From Mobula hypostoma (Eukaryota), in NCBI RefSeq assembly GCF_963921235.1, contig NC_086120.1, positions 19,282,001 through 19,346,000 of the forward strand: a DNA stretch of 64,000 bases, given 5' to 3'. The translations under genes were made by a program, and so were the position numbers. Within the stretch, counting starts at the first letter, position 1. Each line of letters begins with the position of its first letter. Below, in pieces: positions 22,817 to 36,873 of the stretch. The notes under the pieces were generated by a model. It did not search any database and had not been told where the DNA came from. It was given only the letters and a program-made list of their open reading frames with translations.

Positions 22817-23639
22817 CTAATAAGAGACAGAAAAAGAAATTTAGAACAAAATCATAAATGCTTTCTCCCCCTCCCAAAAAAAAGCAATAATTACTCCCAG
22901 CAAAAGAAGTAACACTAAAGCAAAACTCACCTAGTCCATTAATTACTTATTCAGACACAAGAAAATCTATTCTATGTTGTCTGAATATTGTAGATATTAT
23001 TTTCCCTCAGCAAACAGATATTTCATATTTTAAATTAAGTCATACTGCAATGCTGTTCAAACCTAATGGTACTTAGACTGAAGTGTTTGGGAGGGAAGAG
23101 GGGCTAAGTGAGTTTACATAATTAATGAAATCACATTATGATCAATCTACTGATATTGAAGAATCTAACCTTTGTCTTTATCCAAAGAAGAGGCTGCACA
23201 CAGAACAGTATCCAAAAGAAAGAGTATACTTGGGAACAGTATTTCAGAGTGAGGTGAGGCAAATGAATGATTTGCAATTGAAAGTGCAATAAATTTTGAT
23301 TTCAAGAAATGAGGAAATGCATGCCGGCAATGGGAAATCAGAAAGAATGAAAGGGGAAAGTTCAGAGCAGTAATGATCCTAGCAATATTTATATAACAGG
23401 AAAAGATTCTGAAAGATTGAGACAGATAGAAAAGTTTCCAACAAAACTTCCAACAAACCCAAAGGATACAGAGTTCTTACAACACAAAATGCAATACTTT
23501 GGCTACCAATACTTTCTTTATGATGTGGAAAGAGGTGACCCAACACAATGAGTCTGCCAGCTCTGAACATTCCCATCAGCTCCATCTCACAACATACAGT
23601 ATTTCTCTGCAAACTCTTCTTTCATATAACACTTCCAAC

Positions 23640-23855
23640 TCTATCCTTTGACTCTTATAACCAAGCCAATTCTGTATCCAATTTGTCAGCTTGCCTTAGA
23701 TTCCCAGTGCCTTAAATGTGGGAGGAAACCAGAGCACCTTGAGAAACCCACCTGAGGTTGTAAGGAGAACATGCAAATACCATGTATACAGCACCCTGGG
23801 TCAAGATCAAACCCAGGTGGCTGGAACTGTGAGGCAGCATCTTTAACTGATGGAC
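23640..23855 (-). mobile_element. HE1/V-type SINE
   Basis: gtgggaggaaaccagagcacc...gagaacatgcaaat...ctgtgaggcagc. Confidence 0.75.
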
Positions 23856-25169
23856 TATTGTGACGGGAATCAATCTCACTAAAGTATGTCTTTAGATACA
23901 AACTTTATTAATAAGCCTCATAGAAATGGAATTTTGACTAGTTCTTAAAATCTAAGAGAGTCCAGTATATAAGCAACCTGCTGAGGGCTTCTGATGTACT
24001 CATTATACAGGAAAATTTCTCACCAACTAACATTTTATAAATTGGTTGCTTGTACTTTCTTTCCTTTTCTGAAGGCACTGACTTGTTTTAGAATACAGGC
24101 CTCATTGGGATCTCTAGCTATATGGCGTGCATTCAAAAAGCCATTTGTGATGTGAACCACTTTTGCAGGTAATTTTTAAAGAATTCAACTAAACATTTCA
24201 TTATAGTTGAAAAACCAGCTACTTTGTAGCACAGATTCCATGAGGCTTACTATTTTACCTTCCTGCTCAGTTATAGGTGATGGCATTACCCCATATTTGC
24301 CCCATCCCCACGAGCACAAACTCCCAAGACACAATTGACACAATTTATCTCTTGCCAGTTTTCTAACTTCACCCAATTTATTATAGAATAGGGAAGTGCT
24401 GATGTAAAGTAATGGTTACATGAGAATTAAACATCTGTGTACAAATTTGTGGGCTATATTATAAAAAGGACACTAAATCCTGGAGAATGTACAACGTACG
24501 CATAATCAGCCAGTTGCTGCCAAAAATTAGAATCAATAGTTACGAGAAATCCACAGGTATGAGGTACTGGGATTATTTCCAATGGAGCAGAGAATACCAA
24601 GCAATTTAATAAAGATTCTCAATATTATGAAATATTTTGATTGTGAATAAGGAACCACTTTGTCTGGTTGGAAAGTTATCGGTAAGAGAGTCATTAATTT
24701 GAGATTGATTTTGAGCATGAAGAACAGTATTGGAGAAATTGTCCACATGAAGGTAAACTTGAGGGTAAAAAAGGACAAGATGTTACACATCCATATAGCT
24801 CTGGAGTCAGTTCTCCTGCTGGAATCACATGACTGCATACTTCAATATTGTACATTAGCCTGCTTCACTCTTTTTCACTTATGACTCAAATCTGCAATGT
24901 TGTAGCACATAATTCAAAATGACAGTTTAATGCAGTACTGAGGGAACAATGCATCGTTTCTCTTCCTGACATTTTTTAAAATAAGGAACTAAACCAAAGG
25001 CTTATCTGCTTAAAATGGCAAACAACAAAATTTTTGCCATTACTTGAAGAGAAGTGACAGAGGTTTTTGCAGAACTGGGTGACTTCTTCCAGTTCATCCG
25101 TGAAACAGTTTAAATCTCCTGTTCTTATGTCTCTTTCTCCCTTTTCAAGGTGGCTGGGGTTCTGTCTGA

Positions 25170-25885
25170 GTGCATTATATACAGTTGCGCTCAAACTACA
25201 CTCTTCACAGGGGAGTTCTCACACATCGGAACTCGCCAAGCAGCCTAGGTTTCAGGATCTCCAGGACTGGCTTGGAAGACTTGCGACTTTGGGGAGCAGC
25301 CTTGTGGATGATCCAATTCCTCACCGATGTCGCTGACTGAAGCTTCATAGGAGATTGAAACATCGAGACAATGGGTACAGCTGTGAGAGGCTTCTGCACT
25401 TGATCGATCTCTCTCTCTCTCTCAATGGTGAGAGAGGGTCAGCTGATTCTTGAGTTGGGGGCGGGGGAGGGAACTTGAATAAGAGATGCTGCAGATTGTC
25501 AGAACAGTGAGTAGTTGGCCTCTCCTTTCGCTTATGACAAGAGCGATACCTCTCTGCCTGTGAGATGTTGAAGTGTTGGGATGGACAGTAGTTTCTGATG
25601 GACTCTAGATCATGGTCTCTGGGCGCTTTGCTATTGCCTGTATGGGGGGTGTTGGGGGAGGTTGATGCTTTTGCTGGAACAAATGGGAGGAGGGGGAGGG
25701 GAGAGGGTGGAGGGTTGATGCTTTTCCTACGGCTTATGCATGGGAAGGGGGGGCTTTGTGGTTCTAATGTTTTTCTGTCATGCATTCTTTGGGGTTTTTT
25801 TTAATGAGTTTCGTGGATGTCTGCAAAGACTAAGGATTTCAGGTTGTAAGCTATATACATTCTCTGACATTAAATTGAACTATTC
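25170..25885 (+). mobile_element. Unclassified non-autonomous interspersed element
   Basis: GC-richer block with internal (ct)n, G-rich segment and 3' end ...tcaggttgta...atacattctctgacattaaattgaac, similar in style to the 54.1 kb element. Confidence 0.45.
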
Positions 25886-26374
25886 CTCCTGGTGTTCTGA
25901 CCCACATGCCCCCCACCAAACAAAGAAACGCTAATTCAATGCAAATGTTGCTTCTTGCATTCAAATTGTTTACCTACTGAATTATAGTTCAACAGTAATT
26001 GATAGCAAAGCATGGAACATGCTGAAGGTAGTTTAAATTTCAAGTTCATTTATTTTTTATTCATTGTATACTTTAAATGAAGATTTTCTTGTTCTGTTCA
26101 CTGTAACATATACAAGTACATTTAAATCGAAGAGTTACAAAGCATTTTTTATGTACGGAAATTATCAGTTAATATGTCTGGCCTTCAATAAATTTAACAA
26201 TTCTTCTCAAATTATACATAAACTAACGACTTAAAACACTGTTAAAAGGTTTCTGGCATCTTTGATTTCTGAACGTAGCATATCTCTTGCTATTGTTTTT
26301 TTTAAATAGGATACATGATAATTTACAAATACCTGGGGATATGAATTGACAATAAATTGGACTAGTCAAAGAAC

Positions 26375-26975
26375 ACTGAGGCTGTCTACAAGAAGGGTCA
26401 GAGCCATCTCTATTTCCTGAGGAGACTGAGGTCCTTTAACATCTTCCGGATGATGCTGAGGATGTTCTACGAGTCTGTGGTGGTCAGTGCTATCATGTTT
26501 GCTGTTGTGTGCTGGGGCAGCAGGCTGAGGGTAGCAGACACCAACAGAATCAACAAACTCATTCGTAAGGCCAGTGATGTTGTGGGGATGGAACTGGACT
26601 CTCTCACGGTGGTGTCTGAAAAGAGGATGCTGTCTAAGTTGCATGCCATCTTGGTCAATGTCTCCCATCCACTACATAATGTACTGGGTGGGCACAGGAG
26701 TACATTCAGCCAGAGACTCATTCCACCAAGATGCAGCACAGAGCGCAATAGGATGTCATTCCTGCCTGTGGCCATCAAACTTTACAGCTCCTCCCTTGGA
26801 GGGTCAGACACCCTGAGCCGATAGGCTGGTCCTGGACTTATTTCATAATTTACTGGCATAATTTAAATATTACTATTTAACTATTTATGGTTCTATTACT
26901 ATTTATTATTTATGGTGCAACTGTAACGAAAACCAATTTCCCCTGGGATCAATAAAGTATGACTATGACTAATTT
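26375..26975 (+). mobile_element. Rex1/Babar-clade LINE 3' end
   Basis: ORF MLRMFYESVVVSAIMFAVVCWGS...HPLH...STERNRMSFLPVAIKLY; tail caataaagtatgactatgact. Confidence 0.88.
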
Positions 26976-27114
26976 AGTTCATATTAGAAGCCGTTACAAT
27001 GAAGAGATATTTATGTTAAACAACTGCATGCTGCATACCATGGTTCAAGTCTATTCCTCCAGTTAGTTGGAGAAGGTCCCTGGTCCCTTTCGGAGTCACT
27101 ATACCATCCCCCAA

Positions 27115-27975
27115 TCTACCGGTCAAGATGTCACCAAGCTGTGATGTTTGTTGAGGTCATGGCTCAAACTTAATTGTATGTTTTAGATTTCATATGGATA
27201 GTTTTAGAGACAGCATGGGGAGTTAGTGGTCAGGAGCAGTAAATGAAGAGTCAAGGACTGGAGACGGAAGTCAGGGTCCAGGTTGGAGTACTCCAGGATA
27301 GTCAAAGATCAGCATTCTCTTGGGAATGGGTCAGCAGGCAGAGGATAAAATCCAGCAATCCCCGTGGTCAAGAATTGTGGTCAGTGGGCCCCAAGAATGA
27401 GGCCTGAAGATCCACCTCCCCCCCCACCCCGGGGGCAGCGAGTCCTGGGGTTGGAAATTCGAGGAGGTCTTAGCACAGAATTCAAAGTCTCATGATCCAT
27501 TAGTCCTGGGGTCAATACAGGAGGTCAAAGACCAAAGTCACCAAGGTCAAGGGCTCAATGTCAAAGCATCTGAGTCTGTGTATCCAATGGCCCAAGATTG
27601 TGAGGTCAAGACTCCAGGCTATGGACGGGAGGTTAGAGGCCTGATATTTGCGAGTCTGAGAATCCGGGATCAATAACTGAGATCAGAGACCCAGAGGCAG
27701 CCTGTCCTGGAGTTGGATGCCTGTGTGTGTGATGGGTGGGTGGGTGGAAGGGTGGGAAAAAGACTTGTTTTGCTCTTGTTATTTTGTTTTTATTGCTGTT
27801 GTTGCTTGTGATGTTCTGATGAACCTCATGAATATACTAGTTTGGTGCCAACATGTGTAACGACACTTGCATGATGCTCCCAGCATACCTTTGGGTTGCA
27901 TTCGTTATTAAAGCAAACGATGCATTTTACTGTACGTTTCAATGTATGTATGATAAATAAATGAATCTGATTGGT
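27115..27975 (+). mobile_element. Unclassified non-autonomous interspersed element
   Basis: Starts caagatgtc; degenerate internal repeats; ends gataaataaatgaatctga. Confidence 0.4.
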
Positions 27976-28019
27976 AACATTCAACTGACAAGTCTCACAA
28001 ATCAAGATCCTTGTCACTC

Positions 28020-28320
28020 TAAATTCAGAGAAAGAGGGGAAGAGAGATTTGAGGTAGGGATTCTAATGCTTGGGGCTTTGGCAACTAAAATCACAGTTGC
28101 TAGAGGTGAAGTGATTACATTCAGGAAGGTTCAACGACCAGATCTGGAGGCTTGCAAGTACCTTGGAAGGCTGAAGGAGATAGGGAGACAAGAGTCTGGA
28201 GGGATTCCAGAGCAAGGATAAGAATTTTTTTTTTAAATTGAGCAGTTGCTATATTGGAAGGTGATGAGGTGGGAAATAAATAGAACAAGACAAGGTTCTG
28301 CAGCAAAGATTATTTAGGCT
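28020..28320 (-). mobile_element. Degenerate L2-clade LINE 3' region
   Basis: gagggattccagagc-aggataagaatttt-aaattgag pattern typical of reversed L2 3' ends. Confidence 0.5.
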
Positions 28321-28904
28321 GTATCTACAGAATTTTTTTTGCATTACAATAAAACTTAATTTTCTCTTTTCCAATTTATCAGATCTCAACCAATGCGGCA
28401 GCAAGAAAGTTACTATTCTCTTTGGGTCATAGTTTCAGGAAAGTAAAACCAAAGTCAGACAGGAAAAAACTTGAAAAACTACAGGGGGAGTCATCACACA
28501 CAGAAGAACAGGATCTCACATGTTGATTCTTCACCCAAAAAGCTCACACTTGAAAACTGTTAAATTGGATAAACTCCTGGAGGATTGCCAACCACTGTGA
28601 AGTTAGCAAAGAAAAATCTACAGAGGAGGGGAGAAAAATTACTTTGGATGGACGGAACTTGAAGCAGAAAATAGCAAAAACCCATCACTTAACATCAAAC
28701 AATGCATTTATCTAAATTGTTAAAACCCACTCCACTTCCTGCCAAGTAGGATACATGTCATTATCCTTCCCTAGCAACTGCTCTTGGATGAAATTTAAAT
28801 CCCAGTGGAGTCTATTTGAATCCTGGTGAAATGCCAGGGAAAGAAAGAAACCACATTCTGCTTTTTCGTAATCTTGGTGCATAAATATAAAGTTTATTTA
28901 TTTT

Positions 28905-29150
28905 ATTTAGAGATACAACATGGCAAAAGGCTCTTCCAGCCCAATGACACTGTGCCACTTAATTACACCCATATGATAAATTAACCAACAAACTCTATGT
29001 CTTCGGAATATGGGAGGAAACTGGATCATCTGAAGGAAACATACATGGTCATGGGGAGAACATACGAAGTCCTTACAGACAGCAGCAGGAATTGAACCCA
29101 TGTCACTTGTGTAGTGCTGTAGCTTACACTAACGCTACACTACTCTGCCT
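28905..29150 (-). mobile_element. HE1/V-type SINE
   Basis: tttagagataca...gggaggaaactgga...ggaattgaaccc...cactaacgctacactact. Confidence 0.85.
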
Positions 29151-30428
29151 GTTTCAATGTCATCAATAGATTTTTGCACCTCTATCTTATAAAATTTCAA
29201 ATAAGCTCGCTTAGAAACTTGCAATTACTTAAAATCGGTGCACGTTGATTACTTTTTGAGGATACTTATCAGTCTATCTATTAAGGTCTATCTGAAAAAT
29301 ATGGAGAGAAAGATAGTCAATGAGTGGGGAGGCAAAGAATTTCAGGCACAAATGAACTATTACTCTGAATTGTCTGCTATTGATTTTAAAATGTATTTAC
29401 TATTTTATCACTAAAGGAGATATTAAAACTTAACTATTGAAATATAAATATTATCAGCTTTATACTATTAATGTTCAATAGTTCTGTTCGGCATTAATCG
29501 ATGTCCGGTCATGTCAGAAAAAATATACTGGAATTGGTTATAAGTGTAGTCTTCTTTCCATCCCTTTGCAGCTCCTTGTAATCCATAATCACAGATCACA
29601 AAGAAAAATTCCTGTAACATAAATGGCATTCCATACTTATGAGTCTACTTACTAAGTGCTACTTAAACATATGCGACCATCAAGCTACAGTTAAATGTTG
29701 TCTTCATTGCTGCACTCTATAGAATTTCAATAAAAAAGAGGGAAAGTCAACTGCATGAAGCATTAGCAGTTATGCTATTAGGTTAATTCTAAATGTGGTG
29801 GCATTAATCTAGAAGTAGAGTAGGTTTTTTTGTTAGAGGAAGTGGATGCAGGGGGAGAAATTTTGACATAATACTGGATGTTTCTTGTTTAATTCTCAAA
29901 ACTAGCCTACTTACTGTCAACACTAGTGAGATATACAGCCACAAATACTGCATCTCAAAATGCTCTTCTAGGGAGGGCAACATCTGTAATGTTACACATG
30001 CATACATTTTATGGTTGAAGTTGACAATTCTCTCATCCCATTTTACAGAATTGCTGGGTGTACTGTCACAGGGAAACATCCATGCTATTGAAAGCATTTT
30101 TTTTCAATAAAAGCAAATCTGTTTCTGTGCCTGAATCTCACTTGCACCACAGATGCCAACAGGGAGGAAAGAGAGAGTCTACATTTGCCTCAGGAGAAAA
30201 CCCTAGGCAAGGGAAGGGAAAGAAACATTTGTCCAAACGGCTGCTCTGATTACTGTCCCTCCTAGAAAGTGATAATGCGTAGATGCATCAAAACTTGATT
30301 ATGATGACATTTGCAAAATGCCAATTAATGCTTATTGAATTCAATGTGTCCATATGGGGGTGGAGGAAGTGCCTGTATATTAATGAATTAGAGAGGATGC
30401 GATAGAATTAGAAGTACATCAACAATAA

Positions 30429-31127
30429 GGTTCGTCCATCGTCATCGATGAAGACCTGAACACCATTAGTACTTCTTACGAGGTCAAGTTGCTAGCTCGA
30501 CACTCAACCCGGCATGGATGGAAAGCATGCCCGGGAGCAGCTCGACTAGATTCGAACTCGGGGACCTTCGCTTCTGGAGTCCGGCGCTGATGTCACTGTG
30601 CCACCAGCCGGCTGATGGTGTCGAGACTAGCGCTTGATTTGGATTTAAGTGAGGAAGAGTTGCACAGTGTCAGCCTCACTCTCTCTTCCCAATTCCCATC
30701 TAGATCCAGTGGCAAGACAAGAGTCCAGACGGCTGCAGATGGGACTAGGCGCAGTGGATGACCAGAATGTCTTCTGTGTCTTGTCCTGCTCTATACGTTC
30801 CACGACACTTGCAGAGACCGCCTTCTTGACCGTTGGACCTTCCATTGGTCTCATCCGCTCAATCCGCCGCAGTCTGTCTTCACATGCTAGGATAGGCAAC
30901 TCCCTATCTCACCGAGGGTTTGAGACCCGTCGGCTACTCTCACCTGGTTTAGCCGGCTTGTCAAAGCCGTTGCCCAGGGTATGGGTGCTGTCACGTGCAA
31001 ACAGTTACGGGGAGCAACAAGTGAGAGCTGAGAGCCAGGTGGGGATCAAAGGTGGACAAACCGCCCTAAGGATGTGACATATTCCCCCACCAGAAGTGCT
31101 ACCCCTCCCTGACACCCCATATACCCC
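30429..31127 (-). mobile_element. RTE-related non-autonomous element containing a tRNA-derived SINE
   Basis: CpG-rich, sharply bounded. Minus-strand 5' end ggggtatatggggtgtcagggagggg. SINE at about 30467-30614 with A box TGGCACAGTGA and B box GAGTTCGAATC. Confidence 0.65.
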
Positions 31128-33839
31128 ATCAACAATACCAAACGCGGTAAGGCAGGGGATTAGTCTGTAACATTCAGCAGAGTTGCATTGTCATCAAAAC
31201 TGCTGTAATAAGTTAAGGAATACAAACTCAATATATTGGAGTTCAAACCCCCCCCTTATTCTGTGAGGGCAAAATGTACAAACCTCAAAATGAGGCAGAA
31301 TTTGTTATAGTGTAATGGTTACTGTTCATTTACCCTTTTCAACCAGTAATACCATAACAATAAGATATGCTTCATACAACCTATGCAATTAATGGGTGAA
31401 GCAGAAAGATAAATTAGTGTCTGTATGTCTGTCAGATTGCACTTTACAACCTGTGACACAAGATTACAGCAGGTATTGGATTCACAATGAACTAGATATT
31501 AATTTGAATTGTGAACCACGACAGGACAAACACAACAACATGGATTCCAAGTACAATATTTGAAGTCCTACTCTGATCAATGGGTGACCAGGATCCATTT
31601 TCTTTAATTTCCCAGTCCACTAGCTATTTTTGGGATATTGTCCCATGGGAACAGCCCTCTGCCACCAGGAACTTGCTCAAGTGGTCATTACCATTTGTTA
31701 ACCTAAAACATCCTGATGCCAGGCTCGAGGATTGTGGAGGACTGTGGATAAAAGGTCGTTAACCAATAATGTAAATGAACACATCCCAGCAGGTTAATAA
31801 ATGGTGATCAAATGCTGTGTATTTTGGCTGTTTTCTCCAATACATATGACGTGAGGTCAATTGTATTGCCCCTGTAACATATTCAGCTAAAAAGTACAGA
31901 AGGCAAGGACTAAAAATGTGTAGAGATTTACATCCTTGCAGGTCATTAAATTAATATTTTCTCTGCCAATTTTCAACGCCTCTATGATGTTCTCGTGTTC
32001 CAAGACATCAGCTTACTAAAATCCATCAGTGAATACTCTATAGGTAGGAGTTCCACAGCTAGAATTCTTATCATGATAGAAATGTAGACATTGTCACCTT
32101 TGTCCCATTAAGAAATAACATTTATATCTTGAGATTTACAGCGTCAGGGTGCTCCAAAGCATGAAAATTCAGCCATTAAACAGATATAAAAGAAATTAAT
32201 GTAAGCAACTAACTCCTTTCTCCAAAGCAGCAAACAAACTATTAATTTTATTCTTCTTTCAAAACCTATAAGCTTTCAAAAATTAAATTAAATGTAAGGA
32301 GCTAAAACATTTAACTTGCGTATGTGTTTTATTCACTTGCAATGATGCACTGCACTATGAATTCCAGTCATTAACCAAAAAATTATTACTCAAGGTACAT
32401 ACTGCTCTACAGGATTGACAAAATGAAACAGGGAGAAATGCACCAACTGTGGCAGGGAACTCTAGCACTTACAGTGTAAGCAGATGCTCTTGTATGACAC
32501 ACAAGATGGTAACAATTTAAGCAGGAATGGGCCATTCAATCAGATTGTGATTCCTCTTTCACTTAGGTGCCAACTTACTGCGCTATCCCATATTCCTCGA
32601 CTCCCTTAATATTTAAAAGTCTATCATTCTGTGTCTTGGTTACATTAACAAACAAACCTCCACAGTCCTCTTATGTAATAATATTAACAATTTACTATTC
32701 CTAGGGTTCTCAACTCATCAAACCACTTAAAAATTTTGAACATACAATATTTTGCTGGTGTCTGCTTAACCTTTCCTCATACAATAAACCAAGCTCCCCT
32801 GAAAAAAACAAGGTGGTGGGTATACTGTAAGTATATTCTACATCAAGGAAATCAGACCTAAATACTTCAAATGCAGTCTCGTTATGGCTGTACCTAATTG
32901 GAGCAATACATCACTACTCTTGTAATTAAATCTTCTTGCATCAAAATACTGTCTGCCTTTACTACTGCTTGGTGATCTCCAAGTTAACATTACCTACCAA
33001 CCAGCCAGCAATAAAAATTTGGAATGCGCAGTAGACCAGAGTTGAAGCAAGTCTGGAGAAGAGTCAATGGAGTATATGAAGACATATGTAAATTTTAAAA
33101 TTAGGACATGGGAGGCTAAAGTGCTCAGAAATTCAGATGTGTTGCGAATTTTAGATGTAGACAATCATTTGGAGATTTATGTAGAAAAGCTGGCCAGGGA
33201 AATTGTCTAGTAGTAGCAGTATTATGATAGTAAGGAGATGGAAGTAGACAGTCTTGGAGATACAGTAAACATGAAATCAGAGGGAATATATTGATCTATA
33301 GTCTAGGAATTACCTCAGAGTACAACTGGCCAATTTTACAAACACATTTGAACTTGCCTCTTTCTGAAACATTAAATTCTAAATGGAAGTTTCTATTTTA
33401 TTTTTAATCAATTTTTGTTTAAAATCAAATATGTTTGTAGGAAACCATGGTATGAAAGTATACCAAATAATTTACATAATGTAAATCCAATTAAGCAGTG
33501 ATGTTTCTTGACACCAATCACTTTTGATACTTGATATGGAAACTAAAACTCTAATGTTAAATTTTAAGTTGCAGTATTTCAATCAAATCAGAATGCATAA
33601 CATTTTCTAACTTTGCTGTTCTGGAAATTGACAAAACAGACAATATGACCAATTTGCTGGTGCTTTGCTGCAGAATCAGCAATGAGGTAGTGCTTGGCAC
33701 AGCTAATAATAACATTAGAGACATAAATGAGAATTGCTGGATAACCTACAGTAATTACTGCACCAGCTTAAAATGTATAAGCAGCAGTGTCTTCAACCCT
33801 CTCAATTTGATGTATCATATATTTTAAACCTTTTATTTT

Positions 33840-34490
33840 AAACTCTGCTTTTTGACGAGTTGATTTTGCAGTGTTGTTTGTTGGAAGGCTCAGTATCTGA
33901 CATTGACAAAGGAGAATTTAAAGCCAAGTGTTGGCACACTGAGCGGGTAGGTCAGCAGGGCAAGAGACAGACAAGCTGTGGAGTTTCAAATTAACTACTT
34001 GGCTTGAAAAAAAGTGAAATTTGGAATTAGGTAGGTCAACGCTGTGAAGTTAGAAGGATGAAATTGTGATAATGGATTGCTTTTTTTTTAAAAAAAAGTT
34101 AAAACTCAATTCAAAGCTGGACCAAACACGATGCATGATGAATGAATACCTTGTGATTTAGCATACGCAAGAAACCTAGGAAAGGTGGTGGTAATGTGGA
34201 AGTGGTCACGCAGAGTTGATGTGAAAAAGGCCGATATTGTTAATTAACTCAAAGATCCTTAATTGGATCAATCTTGTTAAGAGCTTGATAACACATTCAC
34301 TGAACTAAGAAACCAGGTAGCAAAACGTGGCTGTGGATCACCTCGGATCACATGATAAGTGATCTGTGCTTGCAGACAGGGCCATGAGATAGAAAGAAAA
34401 ATTTTAGGCATGAGCAGTTCCAGAGCTGGATTCCAGACTGGATATGCACAGCAAATCGAACCAAAGAGAGTTTGTTCCATGGAACTCAAT
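33840..34490 (-). mobile_element. Degenerate L2-clade LINE
   Basis: Patchy reversed-L2 landmarks; no intact frame. Confidence 0.4.
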
Positions 34491-34823
34491 CACAGCAAAG
34501 ACTGTGGAAGGGAATTTGGCACAGGATAGCCATGCTGAAATACATATATATGGTAAAAAGGGATAAACTTTCATATCCATCTAATTGTGGCAAATTTCTG
34601 TAGATACTGAACATCTGAAAACAAAGTTGAAAATAGCAAGTCTGTGGAGAAACAGATGAAGAGTAATTGAAAATCCCAACAGATTAGCAGTATCAGTGGA
34701 GAAAAAAAAAGTTGGATTATCAATAGCAGGACTAGCCAGTTCCCATATAAACTGTTAGCTGAAATAAAGCTTGATGAAGCTCATACTAAAATGAAAAACA
34801 ATATCCTATGTAAGTCTCAGACA

Positions 34824-35398
34824 CAGTACATGGCAAAAGTCTTAGGCGTGTGTGTGTGTGTGTATGTGTGTGTGTATATATATATATATAGTAGCTAGTG
34901 TGTAAGACTTTTGCACAGTACCATAGTAATTTTATGTATTGCATGGTACTACTGCTGCAAAAAAACTAATTTCATGATATGTGTGAGTGATGATAAACCT
35001 GTTTCTGATATGGATCTTTGACATGGATTGATAGTGGGAAGGGGGCAGGGACAGGAGAATCATGGTTGGGGAAAGGAGAAGGGAGGAAGCAGGAAGCACC
35101 AGAAAGACATTCTGTAATGATCAATAGACCAATTGTTTGGAATCAAGTGATCTTGCTAGGTGTCTCAGGGTTGAATGTACCTGTCCCTGCACCAGTCCCC
35201 TTCCCTGGCACTCCTTCTCTGCCACCTATCCTGCACCCCTCCCGCAGTGTACCACCCTTGACATTCCAAGCATCCTTTGCTCCTGCCAGATTTACAAATT
35301 CTCACTCCTCTCCATTTTGACAAATACAGTACTGCACAGAAATCTTATGCACCCTAGCTATATATATTGCATATGCCTAAGATCATCTCACAGCACTG
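34824..35398. mobile_element. Composite non-autonomous Tc1/mariner-type element (MITE-like)
   Basis: Outer imperfect TIRs cagtacatggcaaaagtcttaggc / gcctaagatcatctcacagcactg|ta, with further TIR-like copies inside around a core shared with 12320-12790. Confidence 0.7.
34846..34891. repeat. (TG)n(TA)n compound microsatellite
   Basis: Directly visible inside the composite MITE. Confidence 0.9.
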
Positions 35399-35672
35399 TA
35401 TACTATTCCATTACATTAAGGGCATGTAATATAATTAGTGTAGGTGAATCTGTTTAATTGTCATTTTGTAATAAATCTGAATAAATTGAAAGATATTTCT
35501 ATTTTTCGGGCTGCAGAAAATCTACCCAGTATCAACTTACTGGTTTTCTTTCCAGAAGAAGTACCACATGAAAAGCACAATGCCTGGAGTGGAATGGAGC
35601 AGTCAGTCCAATTTTGTGCAATATCACTAAGGAATGTTTGCATCAAGGTACAAAACACAGTAAAAATCATAC

Positions 35673-35839
35673 CTTCTGGCCATGCTGAAGACACAGGGTT
35701 ATAGCACATCCTTCTTCATTTTCTGTTATCTCAGAGCTGCGTACATGTTTACTAAATTTTGGGAGACTTGTGCTGGGTCTGCAGTCAGGGTTAAACATGT
35801 TAGCTGAAGCAATCATCAGAAAGGCATTTGTCACTGGCC
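35673..35839 (-). CDS. WDR18: WDR18 internal coding exon (equivalent to human exon 8), last WD repeat and linker
   Basis: Minus strand: tttatttctag|GG CCA GTG ... CAG AAG|gtatga. 167 nt, phase 1 to 0. Translates (G)PVTNAFLMIASANMFNPDCRPSTSLPKFSKHVRSSEITENEEGCAITLCLQHGQK, resembling human WDR18 [33 protein letters not shown] as recalled. Confidence 0.93.
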
Positions 35840-36873
35840 CTAGAAATAAATACAATAATGAGTTATTATGAAATGGATAGTACTTAATATTAGTCACTGT
35901 GAATCTATTCCTTATTTATACATACTTTGGATCAAACCAGTATATAGAATTAACCATCATTAATTTGTGGAAAACGTGTACCTATATAAAAATATAAATG
36001 CAATTCCTTGAATTTTGCTCAAATGCAAATTATGATTCCTTCCATTGGTAGAGTGATGTCAATGCTGTTAAATGAAAACATTAACCCAATTCAGGGAGCT
36101 GGCATCAATACAAGGAAATCCCAGATCAAGTTTGATAAAAAGAAAAAGAGAGCAAGAGCAAGACAGCAGAAAAACAAGGGAGTTAAAGCAAGAGCAAGGA
36201 CAAACATACACCAAACTAATAAGTCTTTCAGGGGTTCAAAATAAATTTATCCTTGTATGAAATATTACATAATTATTTCATTTTGATATTACCAACTACA
36301 TGTTAAACAATCTTCTAACACTGAACTGAGAAAGTTTTTCAAAAAATATATACAAATACTGGAAATACATATTCGTTAGCATTCAAAAGAAAAAATGTTT
36401 CAGGAAGAGACTGTCTTTTGCATTAAACCTACATTTGTGGATATAGTTTTGAGTTAATTATTAAAAACAAGCAGTCTGCTAACATTTAATTATTGATTAA
36501 AGTCAGATATTTTAAGACAAAAACTAAATCATTTTTAAAAAAAAACTTCTTTGTAGTCTCCAAAGCTCAGTATTAAATGAGTTTGCAACCATAACACTTG
36601 AATATTTAATGATCTAGAAAACCCAATGCTCTTTATAGTTTCTATTGTTAGCTTTCATTTTACTTCTTCTAAAAATGTTAATTCTTTCTGGTTTAGCTCA
36701 GTAAGTTCAGACTGCCCTTTTGTAAGTTGAGCATATAACTGCTCTTTCACAATGTGAAACAGTGCAATACTATTCTGTCATTGCTGATAGCAGACAGCAC
36801 ATCACGTATGGCCAATTTTAAGTCTCCAGATCCATCCCAAGTCTATCCCTTTCCAGATGATGGTAATATTATT

